A stretch of 64,000 nt of DNA from Nemertoderma westbladi (taxonomy: Eukaryota > Animalia > Xenacoelomorpha): the NCBI GenBank assembly GCA_032718475.1, contig JAUCBJ010005505.1, positions 665-64,664 of the forward strand. The letters are read 5' to 3'. How positions within the stretch are numbered: the first letter of the stretch is position 1; each line of letters begins with the position of its first letter. Positions 61,058 through 64,000 of this stretch are shown here, one piece after another. Under the pieces are notes generated by a model. The model was not told the origin of the DNA. It was given only the letters and a program-made list of their open reading frames with translations, and did not search any database. Made by a program: the position numbers and the translations under genes.

Positions 61058-62494
61058 CTACGGTACTATTAATATTAACTGTTCTAACGTACTACTATTA
61101 CACCCCCCGCCCGTACGGCTACACCAGTTCTGGCTCTCTCGCCCGGTGCCTGTAAGTGGGGGCTCACTCTCTGATATCTCCAACCGCGCCAGTTCTAGTC
61201 GGCGCTGGTCTAATTTGGCTTGATATTGCGCAAGCCTCCCTAGCTGAGCACGCAAATCATCCCGCATGCGCTCACCCTCTATCCCCATCTCTCGCATATT
61301 CTGCTCGGCCAACTCTGCCTCTCTCGCAAGCATCTCAAGCCGCCTCGCCGGCTCGCTCTCTACTCCTATCTCTCGCTCTCTACACTCCTTGGCTCCCTCT
61401 CTACACTTCTCGGCCCTCTCTCTACACTCCCTCTCCAACTCTCCTACCTTCTCTGAGAATGCGGTTCCCTCTCTCAATCGTCTCTCTAACTCATTCTGCT
61501 CTGTCGCAACCATTTCTAATTTATACGCCATGCGTTTACTCTCTCGCACCCGTCTTTCTTTTACGGAGGATGTAGCAGACTTATCGGTTGCGACGGACTC
61601 CCGTCGCCCCTCCGTCCCACTAACTTTCCCCCGCCTCCCGGAACTTCCTCCGACCGACGAGACCGAATCCTCGGAGTTAACCTCGGATTCGCCCTCCTCA
61701 GGTCTCTTCCAACCCACTAATTTTACTCCCCGGGCATCGACTAAGTATGGCCCTACGTACACTACGCTAGGTTCCATACCCCCACATTCCCATAGTTCGA
61801 TCAGTTCGTTGGCAACTCCCCTCGCCCTCTCCTCGGCTAGTTCTCTCTGCCCAAAACGCATTAGGTAATCAAAGTGTCTATTCGACTCACCTAGTCGTTT
61901 CCTCAGTCTCACCTCGTCTATCTTCGCCCCTCCTTTGGCCTCTCTCAGTTGCTCTCGGGTCGCGAGGTAGGCTCGTCGGAGCCGGTCGCCGACTCCGACG
62001 TCCTCGTTGCCGACATCTCCTCTATCCTTCCGTGTCCGGCGTCGTACCGTCGGCCCCACCGTCGCCCCTCCGGTGGACCGTTCGTCGTCCTCGGCCTGTG
62101 GCTGGCCGGCGACATCGGTACCGACATCTCCCTCATCTCTCCGGGTCCGACGTCGTACCGACGGCCCCACCGTCGCCGTTCCGGTGGACCGTTCGTCGTC
62201 CTCGGCCTGTGGCTGGCCGGTGACATCGGTATGTCGACCCTCGCTCCGCGTCGACTCGTCTTTCTCTTCTCCTCCCTTCTCGTCTCCTTCCCTCGACTCG
62301 CTCTCCGGTTGTAGACGACCCCCCACATCTTGATTCGTCGGGTTGCTCGTTGTCGACGTGGCGTCAACCTGCGTCGACGTGGTCGGCGTAGCATCGATCG
62401 GCGTCGTGGGTTCGTATCGTCTCGCCGTGGCCTCGCGGATCGTTAGATCGTCGTCCGGGGTCCGCGGCGGTGTCGTTCCTCTCTCTCGACTCAT
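61058..62494 (-). CDS. 478-aa E/R-rich, partly coiled-coil ORF1 of the LTR element, function unknown
   Basis: First long ATG ORF about 120 nt after the 5' LTR; internal 39-aa duplication kept in frame; heptad-like C-terminal half. Confidence 0.55.
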   Translation of the reverse strand: MSRERGTTPPRTPDDDLTIREATARRYEPTTPIDATPTTSTQVDATSTTSNPTNQDVGGRLQPESESREGDEKGGEEKDESTRSEGRHTDVTGQPQAEDDERSTGTATVGPSVRRRTRRDEGDVGTDVAGQPQAEDDERSTGGATVGPTVRRRTRKDRGDVGNEDVGVGDRLRRAYLATREQLREAKGGAKIDEVRLRKRLGESNRHFDYLMRFGQRELAEERARGVANELIELWECGGMEPSVVYVGPYLVDARGVKLVGWKRPEEGESEVNSEDSVSSVGGSSGRRGKVSGTEGRRESVATDKSATSSVKERRVRESKRMAYKLEMVATEQNELERRLREGTAFSEKVGELERECRERAEKCREGAKECREREIGVESEPARRLEMLAREAELAEQNMREMGIEGERMRDDLRAQLGRLAQYQAKLDQRRLELARLEISESEPPLTGTGRESQNWCSRTGGGCNSSTLEQLILIVP

Positions 62495-62837
62495 CGTCGT
62501 CTTTGGTAGCTGGTCGTCGCTAGCTAGGACGGTAGCTCTATTCTATCTCTGTCAGGGCAGCTGGGCGGATCTAGTTCTGTCACTGTCAGGGCAGCTGGGC
62601 GGATCTGATTCTGTCACTGTGACGGGATCTACGGATCCCGGTTTATCCGTTTGGGTTTTCTATCCACGCGTCCCCGCCGTGTGTGAAAGGTAAAAGAGTT
62701 CTGATGTTGGGTAATATGTATAAAGGTATAATAGTCTGACAGTTGATATAATATAGTATGACACAACAGGTAATATATAATGGCGGTAGCGGACGGTGAC
62801 AGAAGTCCCCGTTCCACCCTACTGATCTGACTGAGTA

Positions 62838-62872
62838 AACTGAATGAATGATTACAGGTTACTGGTTATATT
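62838..62872 (-). promoter_or_regulatory. Putative TATA plus initiator in the 5' LTR
   Basis: On the minus strand, tataa (62870-62866) lies about 29 nt upstream of an Inr-like tcagtt (about 62843-62838). Confidence 0.4.
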
Positions 62873-63147
62873 GCACGGTGGCCTTATTGCTACTCAATCG
62901 ATGCCTTTCCCCCCTCTGATTGGTTGATATCCCTGTTGGCACCCTTTGGAGTGTTTCCCTTCACTCCCTGTGTTCTCTCTCGGTTAGGGGTTTGGCCCCT
63001 GACCCCTATTGTGTGTGTCTCCTTTGGGGCCTATTGTCCCCGTTTACTGGGCTGACACGAGGTTGATTGGTAATCAACCTCGTGCTCCCAATATTGCTTT
63101 ATGGCTCACTCTATGGGTTTGTGTTAGCGGAATTGGATAAGCTAACA

Positions 63148-63230
63148 ATTGCGACAACTATGGAGAATCGGGAAGCCTGGAAGGATCTAATTTCACTGTC
63201 CGAGTTCGCTCGACCTAGTAGTAGTAGTAG
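63148..63230 (+). mobile_element. 3' tail of the interrupted LINE family B copy
   Basis: attgcgacaactatggagaatcgg...ccgagttcgctcgacc followed by (tag)n. Confidence 0.93.
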
Positions 63231-64000
63231 ATTAAAATCAGCTATTTTTACTTGAAATATAATTTTTTCCGAAATTCTATAATTCCCCAGTTAAGGAACT
63301 ACGGAAACCCTTTCGAATGAGCCTAAAATCACGATTTGGTTTAAAATGGCGGATGAGTAGTGTTTTAAAAATGAAAAATGTCATTCTGAGATAATTGCCT
63401 CTAAAGTTTGAACCTTTCCCGCTCAAAAACTGTCTGTTAATGTAAGAATGTCTGTCAATTATACAGTACCTAGCAACAAGAAAGCACAAAACTATGCTAA
63501 GGTTTTTTGCCATCGGGAGTTTTCCTGGTCGCTGATTTCATTTCTGAGGTCAGTTTTCACTTTTAATGAAATCTACTTAGACTGTAAAAAAAACTCTGTA
63601 TGTCTGTCTGTCGCACTTTGTGACTAACCAATAATCTGTCCGTTAAATATCACCATCTACCATCTAGTTAAAATTTTAGTTATATTGGTTTTCCTGGTCA
63701 CAGAATTCATTTCGAGTGTCAGTTTTAACATTTGATGACTTCCAAATTGCATGCAGACAGAAGCGACGGGGCCAAATTTGAATAATGACATCAGAAATGA
63801 AGTCACCGAAATATTTAAGTAGGCCATGGTGACATATTTTCAAATTCGTTGTTAGGTATGCCGATATATGGTATGGTTCAGACGATAAGTCTCCAGTTGT
63901 CACTTAAAAGAAAAATATAATATTTGGTTAGCTTTTGTAAAAACTCGCCCCGTAATATGCAGTAAGTACTACTTGCTAAGTTTTGCGGTATTGACGTATA

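Larger units (their letters stand above)
55798..63147 (-). mobile_element. Non-autonomous BEL/Pao-like LTR retrotransposon (7.35 kb, no pol)
   Basis: LTRs at 55798-56332 and 62618-63147 (TGT...ACA, only a handful of differences); 5-bp TSD attgc. A polypurine tract on the minus strand at 56333-56341 fixes the orientation. BEL-type Cys/His cluster in ORF 58651-59796. Confidence 0.9.

Noticed and set aside
61156-62693. Plus-strand S/P/L-rich ORFs within the LTR element
   Set aside because: Antisense shadows of the purine-rich minus-strand ORF; element orientation is minus, from the PPT.

Overview
AT-rich eukaryotic (metazoan, probably invertebrate) genomic DNA with spliceosomal introns. It contains no prokaryotic features, CRISPR arrays, rRNA or intact tRNA genes. 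Host genes: the last exon of GIPC (2-163, +); a nine-exon ELKS/ERC/CAST-family coiled-coil gene on the minus strand (about 6.1-34.2 kb, first exon not found); an intronless plant/protist-looking cold-shock-domain glycine-rich gene (39582-40121); and two exons of a secreted PAN/apple-like gene (48.7-50.7 kb). One apparent ~18 kb ELKS intron holds four other genes: a small KCNE-like single-pass membrane protein, two intronless SLC36/AVT3-like amino-acid transporter paralogues on the same strand as the host, and a four-exon C11orf65/MFI orthologue. The remainder is dense in mobile DNA: two RTE-like LINE families, tRNA-derived SINEs, MULE and hAT non-autonomous elements with verifiable TSDs, a 2.2 kb tandem duplication and several minisatellites. 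A 7.35 kb pol-less BEL/Pao-like LTR element is inserted into a LINE, with an atypical primer site and an array of about 22 short hairpins. All family assignments come from motif recognition by eye; no database searches were run.
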